Shown: positions 14,301-28,325 of the stretch, in pieces
Layout: each line of letters starts with the position of its first letter
How positions within the stretch are numbered: position 1 is the first letter of the stretch
Source: Balanoglossus misakiensis
Lineage: Eukaryota; Animalia; Hemichordata
Direction of reading: 5' to 3'
DNA length: 64,000 nt
Assembly (NCBI GenBank): GCA_040954595.2
Contig: CM082587.2
Location: 3,170,275-3,234,274, forward strand
Made by a program: the position numbers and the translations under genes
The notes under the pieces: generated by a model
Seen by the model: the letters and a program-made list of their open reading frames with translations, nothing else
The model's database searches: none
Told to the model about the DNA's origin: nothing

Positions 14301-17300
14301 AATAAAAGTGGTTTTTACAATAATCTTGACTGTTTCAGTGCGAAGCGTCTATATGTATGTGGCACACAATCTCCGCAAACCGACCGGAATCCATTGATGC
14401 GAAAAGTAGTGCATGTAGGTGGGTGCGTGAATACTTGTCTGATCCGTTGATTCCGAGAGCAACAAAGGACAAACCGTCTTATAAGAAGATATCGGCTTTA
14501 ATGTCACTAGGCTGTGTCACCAAAGTTATGATTGGGGGTTCCTTGAAAAGGCTGCATCTAGAAGTTTTTTTTCCAAAACACTGACTCTCCCATACAATAC
14601 AACCTGCTGTTCTTTTTTGTTGCTGCTCGCGGTAGTCATGGCAACTGTCACCTCTATCGCTCATGTCCGTGCCAACAGTCCCTCTGACGTTTGGAGCACT
14701 AAATCGAGCGTGGACGTTACTTTATACTCCAGTCTCTGGCGTCCGATTACACCAAGGTGAACCGCCACATTGCACAATGAATTTCCACCGCCTATGAAGT
14801 AAGGAAACATTCAATTCTGTCACCATGGAAACATCGCAGCGTTTTTCTCCGAAATTGCTGCATTGCCCCTGAAATGTAGCCTCCGCATCAAAATCAGCGG
14901 TGATGAAAACCGACCATATCTTAAATTGATATTTCAGGACCCGTGGCGGTTCGCTACCTTCGCAGTTTGCCATCATTGCCTGTTCTTGTTATGATTATTA
15001 AAACATGTCGCCTTTTTTGAAGCCACACTCGCTTGTGCGCAAGAACTGACCGGGGCAGGAGTTCCAGTACTTCAAAATAGACTACTTTCTGAACTCCATG
15101 AGACCCTGCATATCTCATGTGGCTATGATCAATTTATATAGGACGACATTCTCACATGAGACGGGACAAGCAATCCTTACACCCATAGTGTTAAACGACA
15201 CAAAAGTTACAAATTTTGCTAAAAATCTGTACCTATTTTAGTTTCATACAAAACTGGACTTGTGTTTACTGGGCTAACAACCCGTCACTACTACAATGAA
15301 CAAAGTCTCGCGAGATCTAGCCCTAGGCGGGAAATCATCTATTCGTTGTTGTTTTCTTGCCAGTAAACCGCCCGTACACACAATTCAGTGTACATGTTCG
15401 TACAAAATGTAGGTTTACCGTAATAAATCATGATCGCTTTAATCGGTTGTTTTTGTGACAGTGCATTTTCCATTAAAGGATCCTGTCGCTAATCCCTGAG
15501 CTAAAAAGGAACGACGAACAATATAAAATGTATTCCTCTTTGAACATGGAAACGGGAAAGCAAAATGTGGTGCAGGAGGACACTTGAATCCAAAAACTAC
15601 AGTCGTGATAAAGATTTTGCTTAGCAACGTTGGTCAGTTCAAATAATCAAATCCGTGTCATGACATGAAGTGGGCATCATCAACACTGGATGCATGTGTG
15701 TGTGAGGTGGGGGGGGGTGTGACATGAATGGGTGGGTCGTATGTGTAAAGTTGCGAAAAATAACCATTAATGTATCAAATGTAACGGGCGTTTTTTTTCA
15801 CCGATAGCTAGTTCACCACATTCCTGTCTCCGCAGACAGACGTGCAACGAATATGGATTTCATCAGTAATCATTTTCAGAGATCATGATCTCGAGTCTGC
15901 ACTTCTTCAGCCAGTCCCATTTCTCCAGCTGTCACAATTCAGAAAGACTCGAGACAATTGAGTGGATGCTATATATATACCGGTATATTGCTATCATTCA
16001 TTCGTGTAACGTCCTTATGGACAAGTCGATGTGGGGGTTGGTTCCCTTGGAACCCTCGTCGAGTGTTCAAGCCCCTCGTCTCACTCCCCTTCCCCTGCCC
16101 ATTGATTTGTGTACTGTAGCTGTTATAAGGCCAAACTTTATTGCCGTCAACGGGCTTATCAGCAATAGAGTTGATCTTATATACTGTTCACATCTACAAA
16201 TCTATGCGAGTGACACGTTACACATGCAGGTGTTATAATGTTTACGCCGCCCCAAAATAACCAATGTGGACGCGTTACAAAGCAATGAAAATTTACACCG
16301 GCCCTTATTCTCAGTCACAATCAAATGCGGACGCAGACCTAAATCTATTCTCTAGTGAGGATTAATCTACACAGATGTAGGACCCAGTCAGAGTTGAAAA
16401 TGTGCATGTTATATTAATCGGAGAAGTGAAGCGTAAAGATAAGGGAGCAGTCGGCGGTTGTATGAAACACCTGTCTGCCTTCCCCAGACAGTTTCCCTGC
16501 TAACTTGCTTGCTTCAAACAATTCCCCGATTAACTACGGGACGTATTGTTTCTTCTTATAAATTTTGGAGGCTTCCGCGTGTCTCTACAAAAAAATATGC
16601 CCCTATGTGCATCGTACAAGGAAAAGATCATGTTGCTGCGGTCATTCTAATCCATTTCAACCGCAAACAACATAATGCACCCTCAGGATAGCTCAAGAAA
16701 AAGCTGTCTCCAAATCATCGCGGAATAATATTTTTAAGGTGGGTCTTTCGCCTTGTTGTCAAGAGAGTATTCATTTCGATAATCTACGCGGTTAAAGCAC
16801 AGAGTATGTATGACTGTAAGTGCTAAATGATGTGCTCCCTAATCCGAAAGAGACAGTGGCGTATGACAGATACGGGTCGAAAGTAACCTCGAGGGAGGGG
16901 GGGGGGAAGCTTGAAACTTCTGATGCTGGGTTTAAAAAACAGATCTCTAAACTTTCCTCGGGTGATGAATGTGCCACACTTTTAAACGTACACTCTAGAG
17001 GAGCATGCTCATTTTAACCGTTTGAATTTTACGTAGATTGGAGTTGCTATGGTAACAATAAATCGACACTGGCGGAACAGGAAACTAATTTACATTTTCA
17101 TATTGATGATCTATCAGCAAAACATGTAGTAGTACTAGTGTTCTTTTTTGAAAACAAGGTAAGAATTTGTGACAAAATTAATTCGGCTTAACATGTTTTT
17201 GGTTTAATTGTTTTTTTGGTATTTTTCACAGATGTAGCATGGACAACACAGAGACGAATGAATAGATTGCCTATTGCTTCAAAAGAAGTAAAGCATACCA

Positions 17301-20300
17301 TAGGCAGATTTTGAGCATTGATAGATATGGAAAAAATAATCTCAAATTTGTGTATAAAACGGCCCCGCTGACAAAGTGCTTGGAAATTACTTCTCCCCTT
17401 ACTCGTATTAGATGCTCTCTGAGGCGAGTCCATCTGCTCCTTTGTCGGTTTTTAACTTTGCGGTGCGCCATTGATATCGATGAATGTAAACGTGTGTAAA
17501 TCACCGCTCATGAGGTTAACTACGACAAATTGAACACACAACTCAAATTCGCAGTCGCTGGCGATGCCTTGTCAAAAATGACAAATAATTAGCGCCCACC
17601 TCAAAGGGGGGTAATCCGAAACCCACCAAGATTTCCCTTTCTCCCCCGACGGAGTTGGAAACCCACACCCCCGTCGCTGCCGGCGGGTTAACATTTTAAA
17701 TGGAGTAACCGTCTGTCATATCATTTGTGAGTAGATTGCCAAGACCGGTGATAGATGAAATTTCTCCGGTACGGAGATGGAGGGAAAAAAACAAGGGGAA
17801 AACGCAATTACGAGTGCCGAAACCTACTATGTAGACTGATCACGGTTATGCAGGATGCAATAAAAGCAGTAATTCAAAAATAATCCAGTTTCCTTCCGTC
17901 TTCGCTTTTTCATCGACAAGTTTCATTAATTAACATCAGCACGGGGCCATTATTGTTCTACTCGGCGTAGACTGCTTCGCAAAGCACCCACGAATCTTGT
18001 ACGGTGCCATGATGCATCACTTCCGCCCGCGAGATCTGTAACCGTTTTATTTTGCATCGCCTTTTCTGGGCTTTGATCTTTACTTGGCGAGCGGGTCTCA
18101 AAGAGGCAGGGCCGGGCCTGGTGCGTGCATGTATTTGGACCACATTTCTTGCCTTGAATGAGCCATCGAGATATTTTCCACTCGTAAAATGACATGAAAA
18201 ACAGCGCCCATTTGTATCATTAAAGCAAAGCAAAGCAATGGTTTTGTTCAAATTAGAGGTCGCAAGAATGACATCACGAAGCCGATGAGGCAGGATCTAT
18301 TTATTTCAGGAACAGATTATTCCACCAACCTACTTTGGAATAAAGTATTAAACCGCTGCAAATCATCGGGAAACATAACCAGCTCCACCTAACTGACAAT
18401 TCCTGCCTCTTTCATCTTGTAGCGTGTATACGGTATGCAAATATATCAATGACGTCAGCAACACGACTCTTCCTGGCCACCTGTTGGAGCATTATTTCTT
18501 AAGGAGGGATGTGTTAGGGGCAGCGTTAAACTACCACCGCGATCGGTAATGTCCCAACCCTGATCTGGGGTTAATTAGAAATACAAACGAGCTGCAGGAC
18601 AGCCATCTTCTAAGTTTTTCCCGTGGGTTAACTATTTAAAAAACCTTGAAGATAAGTTTGCAATCTGTCGTTTTCTTGAGTGCAGAAATTCGATTCTGAA
18701 AACCCCCCAATTCTCAAAAATAATGGACATCTTAGTACATGTACTTTGTATCTGGAGCACATAGCAACGGACGACGATACCGTTTTGTTTCAATCGATCA
18801 TCTACGTCTGGGTATTAATACTGGCTCTGCACGTCAATATTCGCCCGTACTCGTGTAATGGAAAATGATTACGAGAATAACATAGAGGATTGATGTGATC
18901 ACGACTCAAAATCCTATGAAAGAACAGATAAGAAGCGCCAGGTCGCCATGGTCACCGATTCTATGCTGGGTTTAGTCAGCTACCATTTACAGTCAAGACA
19001 TGAAATCGTGTCAGCCATACCTGCCTTTGTTTTTCACTCGCCCCATTTTCGCTGAGACGGCAACAGGAAATGGATCAAAAAATGGGTATTTTTTCCACCG
19101 GAAATAAAAAATAATCTAAAAACGTCGACAATTAGGTTGCTTCTAAAGTCACTAAAAGAAACAAATCACAGGGAGAAAAATGATCGATGGAAATTGTGGA
19201 GGAAAGCATGTAAAGGCGGAGTATTTGACCGTCGTTGACAGAGATGATGACATGCGTGAGTGTACCCGTAGGTCAGGGTACGCGGACCAACCTCCAACAT
19301 GGCCGATAGCAGACCTAATCAAAATCTGATAGGCCTAACTTCTACACGATTATGGCAAGCAATGCAAAATGTGTGTGGTTCGAAAACCATGCTTTGAGAA
19401 AATCATATATTAAACAAGGTGGGAATTATTTTTAGATTTGGATTAATTTCCTGATGGGTGTCTTCAAAATTAAAAAATCATGTAGCTGTGATGAGTTTGT
19501 TTACAAAATCTAATAAGACAATGACGTCACTCTTTATATATTATTACACGACCCCACTCCCTCAGACATGCTATGCAATGTTATTTTTATTTAGTATAAA
19601 TTACATTGTTGTTTTACTTTCGCATTTAGTCTGCTCTCAAAATTATGAGTCGGCATTATCACGTATATTTTAACACACCATTTTAAGAAACCATAATATT
19701 TAATGCGGGATTGCTATATGTCATTTCAAATGCATGCACCTGAAATAACACTGAATTTCTCGGAGACATATTTTAAATGAAAACTGGCGGTAAGAACTTG
19801 ATACATGTAGCAGAACGAAGTAAAGAAATTTTAGCTTTATGGTCTTTCTTTCAGGGATAATTGATCTTTGGAATCCAAGAGGAGCTTCAGCCTTATACAA
19901 AATACCCCAAGTGCAATGATGGACAGAAAAAATATCTAGAAGATATTGGAATTGTAATAAGTGTCTGCTGATTTGGAGATAGAACTAGTTGAAGTACGAC
20001 AAGGATTTCTGCTATGTACATTGTTTGAGTAGCGCGTCGACAAGGCATTGCTGCAGTGAGCAATCTATCACTTGGCGGATGAATACAACACATTTCATTT
20101 CACGGCGTAATTGAGTAAATGACAGGCAATTGTTGAAATTGTTTTTTGGTGAAAGACTGTGTCACACAGAGTTGTCCCCAATCCTACATGAAGCTTAACG
20201 AGATCCATTTTGTCAGCACTATGTGTCTCTCCAGGCTTGGTTAGTAAAATAGACGCTGGTGTTTATGTGAAGTCTTTTGCCAACAAAGATCGGCAGACTG

Positions 20301-21692
20301 TTTTGTGACCAGGCTGCCATCTAACCATTTATCAACAAAATAAATTTCCCGCCTTGTATTGTCGTTCACTGCACTTTTTGTTGCATTCAAGCGACGTCTC
20401 ACAATTCTGAAGCCTGTCTTTCCTCCCCAACCAAAACTCTGGGTCTTTCGTAAAATACAAATTGGCTGCATGACGGAGAAATCAATTACAGGGAGCGTTT
20501 CAATTTTTTTCCAAGTCGCTTGGTCGACAGGATGTCAATTTGGTGACTGTCTCCATCGGGGACGATTTGAAACATCAATTTCTAAAAAAATGCTTCACGC
20601 ATGTATTTTCGACGACATTTCATCTAATTCCTGTCATCGCGTGCGGGTGTTTGCTAAAATTACTACTTGACGCATTTGGTCGGAGAACGAATGGGTAAAT
20701 GGAAGTGTATTCTCCTGGGCTCCACAAAAAATGGTGGAAATTTATTTTCTGTGGCCTAATGGTAACTGGCACACACCGACGTCAGTGGACGTGCGTATCG
20801 ACCAAATCGACGTTCATTTAATTTCCGACCGGGAGAGGGAAAGTCACGTTTTGGATCGTGTCTTCGCTGTAATCTCAATCGAAATGACATGCTATGCGTC
20901 AGAGAGGGGCAGGTCGAGACAATCAAGGTCGCGTTTCTGTGCCGAAGAAGAGGAAATATCTCCGCTAGTTCCCCCCGCTCATTTGCTGATTATATCGCAT
21001 CGTAGTGGTGCGATGTGGTGTGGACCAGTGTTGGATAATGCCGATTGTCACGTGATGAAACAAAAAGAAAAAGAAAAGAAATTTCTGGTTCTTCTCATCA
21101 CGTGACTAGCTTTTGATCAATGCTGCGCGGATAGGAAGTCTGTCCGATACAATGTGGTTATCAGTTGACACAACCGTCAAGTACCCACCCACCCATCCGT
21201 CCATCCCTATGTCCATCCATCCATCCATCAGCTCACCCGGCCATACACCCACCTATCCATTTCCCCTCCAGCCGAATGTACCGGTAATCCATCATTGCTT
21301 TATGCTTCCTGTCACCCATGCATCAAGATGCACTCATATCACTTCATTTGTCCCTGTCAAGAACCAGGCGAAGTACGAAACTTGTATGTTAATTACTCAG
21401 AACAGACCGAGCGTCATGCACGCACATTTAGATGTCACGTATGAAAAACGCGCATTTTGCCAGACATTTTACACAAATTTAACATTGCAAAGCTTGAGAT
21501 ACAGGTGTTTTATCATTGTAGCACCAGTGCCTAGTTGATATGTGATTAAACACAGCAACACTCAACAGACCAGAGGCAGTCTGTTAGCAACCTGTTGTCA
21601 TGGATGCAGGGAGCAATATTTGTATAGAGCTTTTACCCTTTCCCAGCTAATGGAAAACAACAAGGGCGCGCCTTTTGACCCCAGGACACGGT

Positions 21693-22091
21693 AAGGTACT
21701 AGTAGCATACGCCTCGAAAATCAGTGTCTCAAACTTTTTCTTGTGTTTTGCTCAAGGCATGCATGTGTAGATATTCTCTCTTAACATTTAGAATGAAAAA
21801 CGGGAGTCATCGCGCCAAAGAGCAAAGTTGTCTCAAATTAGAAATTGAAAATGGCCGCCAATATCTGTGTTGACTCTACGAAGAAAAAATAACAATGTGA
21901 TTTTTACTAACACGCACAAGACGATGAACACCATTGGTTTTTTTTCTTTGATTTCAAAAAGACTCTTTTGCCAGGCCAGCGCATATACTCAAGTGGCTAG
22001 CATCAGGAATAACCACAATGAATTGACCACCATTCGGCATCGTGGACCAATCACTCCTACTTTAGTTTTCCGGGGTAATGCTCTCTTACCC
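21693..22091. mobile_element. Old non-autonomous DNA transposon (about 400 bp) with decayed terminal inverted repeats
   Basis: Reverse complement of the left end, ttttcgaggcgtatgctactagtacctt, aligns with gaps to the right end ttttccggggtaatgctctcttaccc. No ORF inside. Confidence 0.35.
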
Positions 22092-22797
22092 GCAGAGCCG
22101 CGACTTCGAATAGTCACAGTTAATTAATTATTCTCAGGTTTGATGTGTTCAGAGAGTAATACTGGCAACGTTTCTTCTTGAGGGAGATCCTTGTTCCACT
22201 AAAATTATTTTTGATTTGACAGGCAATTTACGAATGATTTCATTTTTGATAACGGATGAACAGGTGTCACGATACATGTGTAACAAATTGATAACTGCAT
22301 AGCTGATACGTAAGGAGGCATCATTAACTCAACTTTAATTACCGGGTAACACCTTTGTGTCATTTGAGTATGGTCCATGTTCGTCAAATGTGATAAACAT
22401 CGTACACAAAGGTCACTCTGTCCTTTGTGAGTGAGTGGTAATTTAGATGAAAATTGTAAAAAATAGGATAGGTGTAGATTTTGAACCGTGGCTTCGGGGT
22501 GGTCATGTTACAACTTCGATTGTGGGTAATGATGCATTTCACAGCTACTTTTGGTGATTAAAGTTTCAAATTTGACATTTGATCAAAGTTCAGGTCGATA
22601 TAAATCTTATATTTTTTCGTCTGCTGTTGTGCCCTCTATAAGCTTATTCCTGATATGGAACCAAAGGCGATTACGGCGGTCAAGCGACAAGGCAACAATA
22701 ATCTAACAAAAGCTCGACAGTCTTTTACAAGGTTACGGAAATCTGACGCTGTAGCAAGACCCTTATGAAAATATAGGCCTTGTCGCGATATATTGCA

Positions 22798-25700
22798 GCA
22801 GCTCTACATTAGGTTTGCTGCAGCTCTACAGCAGGTAGACGCAGCAGAGCCGTTTTTTCGCATGCAAATTAGGTGATTCTGCAGAGCTGCGGCAGAGACT
22901 GCCGCATCCTTGCCGCAGCCAGTACATACGCTACAGAAATGCTGCAGCCCTGCCGCACTGACAGCTCTGCAATAGGTTTGCTGCAGCTCTCCAGCAGTGG
23001 AGATGCGGCAGAGCCGTTTTTTCGCATGCAAATTAGGTGATTCTGCAGAGCTGCGGCAGAGACTGCCGCATCCTTGCCGCAGCCAGTACATACGCTACAG
23101 AAATGCTGCAGCCCTGCCGCACTGACAGCTCTGCAATAGGTTTGCTGCAGCTCTACAGCAGGTAGACACAGCAGAGCCGTTTTTTCGCATGCAAATTAGG
23201 TGATTCTGCAGAGCTGCGGCAGAGACTGCCGCATCCTTGCCGCAGCCAGTACATACGCTACAGAAATGCTGCAGCCCTGCCGCACTGACAGCTCTGCAAT
23301 AGGTTTGCTGCAGCTCTCCAGCAGTGGAGATGCGGCAGAGCCGTTTTTTCGCATGCAAATTAGGTGATTCTGCAGAGCTGCGGCAGAGACTGCCGCATCC
23401 TTGCCGCAGCCAGTACATACGCTACAGAAATGCTGCAGCCCTGCCGCACTGACAGCTCTGCAATAGGTTTGCTGCAGCTCTCCAGCAGTGGAGATGTGGC
23501 AGAGCCGTTTTTTCGCATGCAAATTAGGTGATTCTGCAGAGCTGCGGCAGAGACTGCCGCATCCTTGCCGCAGCCAGTACATACGCTACAGAAATGCTGC
23601 AGCCCTGCCGCACTGACAGCTCTGCTATAGGTTTGCTGCAGCTCTACAGCAGGTAGACACAGCAGAGCCGTTTTTTCGCATGCAAATTAGGTGATTCTGC
23701 AGAGCTGCGGCAGAGACTGCCGCATCCTTGCCGCAGCCAGTACATACGCTACAGAAATGCTGCAGCCCTGCCGCACTGACAGCTCTGCAATAGGTTTGCT
23801 GCAGCTCTCCAGCAGTGGAGATGCGGCAGAGCCGTTTTTTCGCATGCAAATTAGGTGATTCTGCAGAGCTGCGGCAGAGACTGCCGCATCCTTGCCGCAG
23901 CCAGTACATACGCTACAGAAATGCTGCAGCCCTGCCGCACTGACAGCTCTGCAATAGGTTTGCTGCAGCTCTCCAGCAGTGGAGATGCGGCAGAGCCGTT
24001 TTTTCGCATGCAAATTAGGTGATTCTGCAGAGCTGCGGCAGAGACTGCCGCATCCTTGCCGCAGCCAGTACATACGCTACAGAAATGCTGCAGCCCTGCC
24101 GCACTGACAGCTCTGCAATAGGTTTGCTGCAGCTCTCCAGCAGTGGAGATGCGGCAGAGCCGTTTTTTTGCATGCAAATTAGGTGATTCTGCAGAGCTGC
24201 GGCAGAGACTGCCGCATCCTTGCCGCAGCCAGTACATACGCTACAGAAATGCTGCAGCCCTGCCGCACTGACAGCTCTGCAATAGGTTTGCTGCAGCTCT
24301 ACAGCAGGTAGACACAGCAGAGCCGTTTTTTCGCATGCAAATTAGGTGATTCTGCAGAGCTGCGGCAGAGACTGCCGCATCCTTGCCGCAGCCAGTACAT
24401 ACGCTACAGAAATGCTGCAGCCCTGCCGCACTGACAGCTCTGCAATAGGTTTGCTGCAGCTCTCCAGCAGTGGAGATGCGGCAGAGCCGTTTTTTCGCAT
24501 GCAAATTAGGTGATTCTGCAGAGCTGCGGCAGAGACTGCCGCATCCTTGCCGCAGCCAGTACATACGCTACAGAAATGCTGCAGCCCTGCCGCACTGACA
24601 GCTCTGCAATAGGTTTGCTGCAGCTCTCCAGCAGTGGAGATGCGGCAGAGCCGTTTTTTCGCATGCAAATTAGGTGATTCTGCAGAGTTGCGGCAGAGAC
24701 TGCCGCATCCTTGCCGCAGCCAGTACATACGCTACAGAAATGCTGCAGCCCTGCCGCACTGACAGCTCTGCAATAGGTTTGCTGCAGCTCTCCAGCAGTG
24801 GAGATGCGGCAGAGCCGTTTTTTCGCATGCAAATTAGGTGATTCTGCAGAGCTGCGGCAGAGACTGCCGCATCCTTGCCGCAGCCAGTACATACGCTACA
24901 GAAATGCTGCAGCCCTGCCGCACTGACAGCTCTGCAATAGGTTTGCTGCAGCTCTCCAGCAGTGGAGATGCGGCAGAGCCGTTTTTTCGCATGCAAATTA
25001 GGTGATTCTGCAGAGCTGCCGCAGAGACTGCCGCATCCTTGCCGCAGCCAGTACATACGCTACAGAAATGCTGCAGCCCTGCCGCACTGACAGCTCTGCA
25101 ATAGGTTTGCTGCAGCTCTACAGCAGGTAGACACAGCAGAGCCGTTTTTTCGCATGCAAATTAGGTGATTCTGCAGAGCTGCGGCAGAGACTGCCGCATC
25201 CTTGCCGCAGCCAGTACATACGCTACAGAAATGCTGCAGCCCTGCCGCACTGACAGCTCTGCAATAGGTTTGCTGCAGCTCTCCAGCAGTGGAGATGCGG
25301 CAGAGCCGTTTTTTCGCATGCAAATTAGGTGATTCTGCAGAGCTGCCGCAGAGACTGCCGCATCCTTGCCGCAGCCAGTACATACGCTACAGAAATGCTG
25401 CAGCCCTGCCGCACTGACAGCTCTGCAATAGGTTTGCTGCAGCTCTCCAGCAGTGGAGATGTGGCAGAGCCGTTTTTTCGCATGCAAATTAGGTGATTCT
25501 GCAGAGCTGCCGCAGAGACTGCCGCATCCTTGCCGCAGCCAGTACATACGCTACAGAAATGCTGCAGCCCTGCCGCACTGACAGCTCTGCAATAGGTTTG
25601 CTGCAGCTCTACAGCAGGTAGACACAGCAGAGCCGTTTTTTCGCATGCAAATTAGGTGATTCTGCAGAGCTGCGGCAGAGACTGCCGCATCCTTGCCGCA

Positions 25701-28325
25701 GCCAGTACATACGCTACAGAAATGCTGCAGCCCTGCCGCACTGACAGCTCTGCAATAGGTTTGCTGCAGCTCTCCAGCAGTGGAGATGCGGCAGAGCCGT
25801 TTTTTCGCATGCAAATTAGGTGATTCTGCAGAGCTGCGGCAGAGACTGCCGCATCCTTGCCGCAGCCAGTACATACGCTACAGAAATGCTGCAGCCCTGC
25901 CGCACTGACAGCTCTGCAATAGGTTTGCTGCAGCTCTCCAGCAGTGGAGATGCGGCAGAGCCGTTTTTTCGCATGCAAATTAGGTGATTCTGCAGAGCTG
26001 CGGCAGAGACTGCCGCATCCTTGCCGCAGCCAGTACATACGCTACAGAAATGCTGCAGCCCTGCCGCACTGACAGCTCTGCAATAGGTTTGCTGCAGCTC
26101 TCCAGCAGTGGAGATGCGGCAGAGCCGTTTTTTTGCATGCAAATTAGGTGATTCTGCAGAGCTGCGGCAGAGACTGCCGCATCCTTGCCGCAGCCAGTAC
26201 ATACGCTACAGAAATGCTGCAGCCCTGCCGCACTGACAGCTCTGCAATAGGTTTGCTGCAGCTCTACAGCAGGTAGACACAGCAGAGCCGTTTTTTCGCA
26301 TGCAAATTAGGTGATTCTGCAGAGCTGCGGCAGAGACTGCCGCATCCTTGCCGCAGCCAGTACATACGCTACAGAAATGCTGCAGCCCTGCCGCACTGAC
26401 AGCTCTGCAATAGGTTTGCTGCAGCTCTCCAGCAGTGGAGATGCGGCAGAGCCGTTTTTTCGCATGCAAATTAGGTGATTCTGCAGAGCTGCGGCAGAGA
26501 CTGCCGCATCCTTGCCGCAGCCAGTACATACGCTACAGAAATGCTGCAGCCCTGCCGCACTGACAGCTCTGCAATAGGTTTGCTGCAGCTCTCCAGCAGT
26601 GGAGATGCGGCAGAGCCGTTTTTTCGCATGCAAATTAGGTGATTCTGCAGAGTTGCGGCAGAGACTGCCGCATCCTTGCCGCAGCCAGTACATACGCTAC
26701 AGAAATGCTGCAGCCCTGCCGCACTGACAGCTCTGCAATAGGTTTGCTGCAGCTCTCCAGCAGTGGAGATGCGGCAGAGCCGTTTTTTCGCATGCAAATT
26801 AGGTGATTCTGCAGAGCTGCGGCAGAGACTGCCGCATCCTTGCCGCAGCCAGTACATACGCTACAGAAATGCTGCAGCCCTGCCGCACTGACAGCTCTGC
26901 AATAGGTTTGCTGCAGCTCTCCAGCAGTGGAGATGCGGCAGAGCCGTTTTTTCGCATGCAAATTAGGTGATTCTGCAGAGCTGCGGCAGAGACTGCCGCA
27001 TCCTTGCCGCAGCCAGTACATACGCTACAGAAATGCTGCAGCCCTGCCGCACTGACAGCTCTGCAATAGGTTTGCTGCAGCTCTACAGCAGGTAGACACA
27101 GCAGAGCCGTTTTTTCGCATGCAAATTAGGTGATTCTGCAGAGCTGCGGCAGAGACTGCAACATCCTTGCCGCAGCCAGTACATACGCTACAGAAATGCT
27201 GCAGCCCTGCCGCACTGACAGCTCTGCAATAGGTTTGCTGCAGCTCTCCAGCAGTGGAGATGCGGCAGAGCCGTTTTTTCGCATGCAAATTAGGTGATTC
27301 TGCAGAGCTGCGGCAGAGACTGCCGCATCCTTGCCGCAGCCAGTACATACGCTACAGAAATGCTGCAGCCCTGCCGCACTGACAGCTCTGCAATAGGTTT
27401 GCTGCAGCTCTCCAGCAGTGGAGATGCGGCAGAGCCGTTTTTTCGCATGCAAATTAGGTGATTCTGCAGAGCTGCCGCAGAGACTGCCGCATCCTTGCCG
27501 CAGCCAGTACATACGCTACAGAAATGCTGCAGCCCTGCCGCACTGACAGCTCTGCAATAGGTTTGCTGCAGCTCTCCAGCAGTGGAGATGTGGCAGAGCC
27601 GTTTTTTCGCATGCAAATTAGGTGATTCTGCAGAGCTGCCGCAGAGACTGCCGCATCCTTGCCGCAGCCAGTACATACGCTACAGAAATGCTGCAGCCCT
27701 GCCGCACTGACAGCTCTGCAATAGGTTTGCTGCAGCTCTACAGCAGGTAGACACAGCAGAGCCGTTTTTTCGCATGCAAATTAGGTGATTCTGCAGAGCT
27801 GCGGCAGAGACTGCCGCATCCTTGCCGCAGCCAGTACATACGCTACAGAAATGCTGCAGCCCTGCCGCACTGACAGCTCTGCAATAGGTTTGCTGCAGCT
27901 CTAGAGCAGGAAGACACAGCAGAGCCGTTTTTTCGCATGCAAATTAGGTGATTCTGCAGAGCTGCGGCAGAGACTGCCGCATCCTTGCCGCAGCCAGTAC
28001 ATACGCTACAGAAATGCTGCAGCCCTGCCGCACTGACAGCTCTGCAATAGGTTTGCTGCAGCTCTCCAGCAGTGGAGATGCGGCAGAGCCGTTTTTTCGC
28101 ATGCAAATTAGGTGATTCTGCAGAGCTGCGGCAGAGACTGCCGCATCCTTGCCACAGCCAGTACATACGCTACAGAAATGCTGCAGCCCTGCCGCACTGA
28201 CAGCTCTGCAATAGGTTTGCTGCAGCTCTACAGCAGGTAGACACAGCAGAGCCGTTTTTTCGCATGCAAATTAGGTGATTCTGCAGAGCTGCGGCAGAGA
28301 CTGCCGCATCCTTGCCGCAGCCAGT
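22798..28325. repeat. Tandem satellite array, 34 monomers of 163/164 bp with higher-order structure
   Basis: Near-identical monomers of two types: A (164 bp, ctctccagcagtggagatgcggc; 23 counted) and B (163 bp, ctctacagcaggtagacacagc; 11 counted). Diagnostic variants recur at 1965-bp spacing. Confidence 0.98.

Noticed and set aside
6467-18495. CTCF-like motifs near 6467, 10257, 11060 and 18474
   Set aside because: Only partial consensus matches; cannot be told from chance without a matrix scan or ChIP data.
22798-28325. CRISPR-like array
   Set aside because: No unique spacers, monomers far too long, no cas genes, and eukaryotic context.
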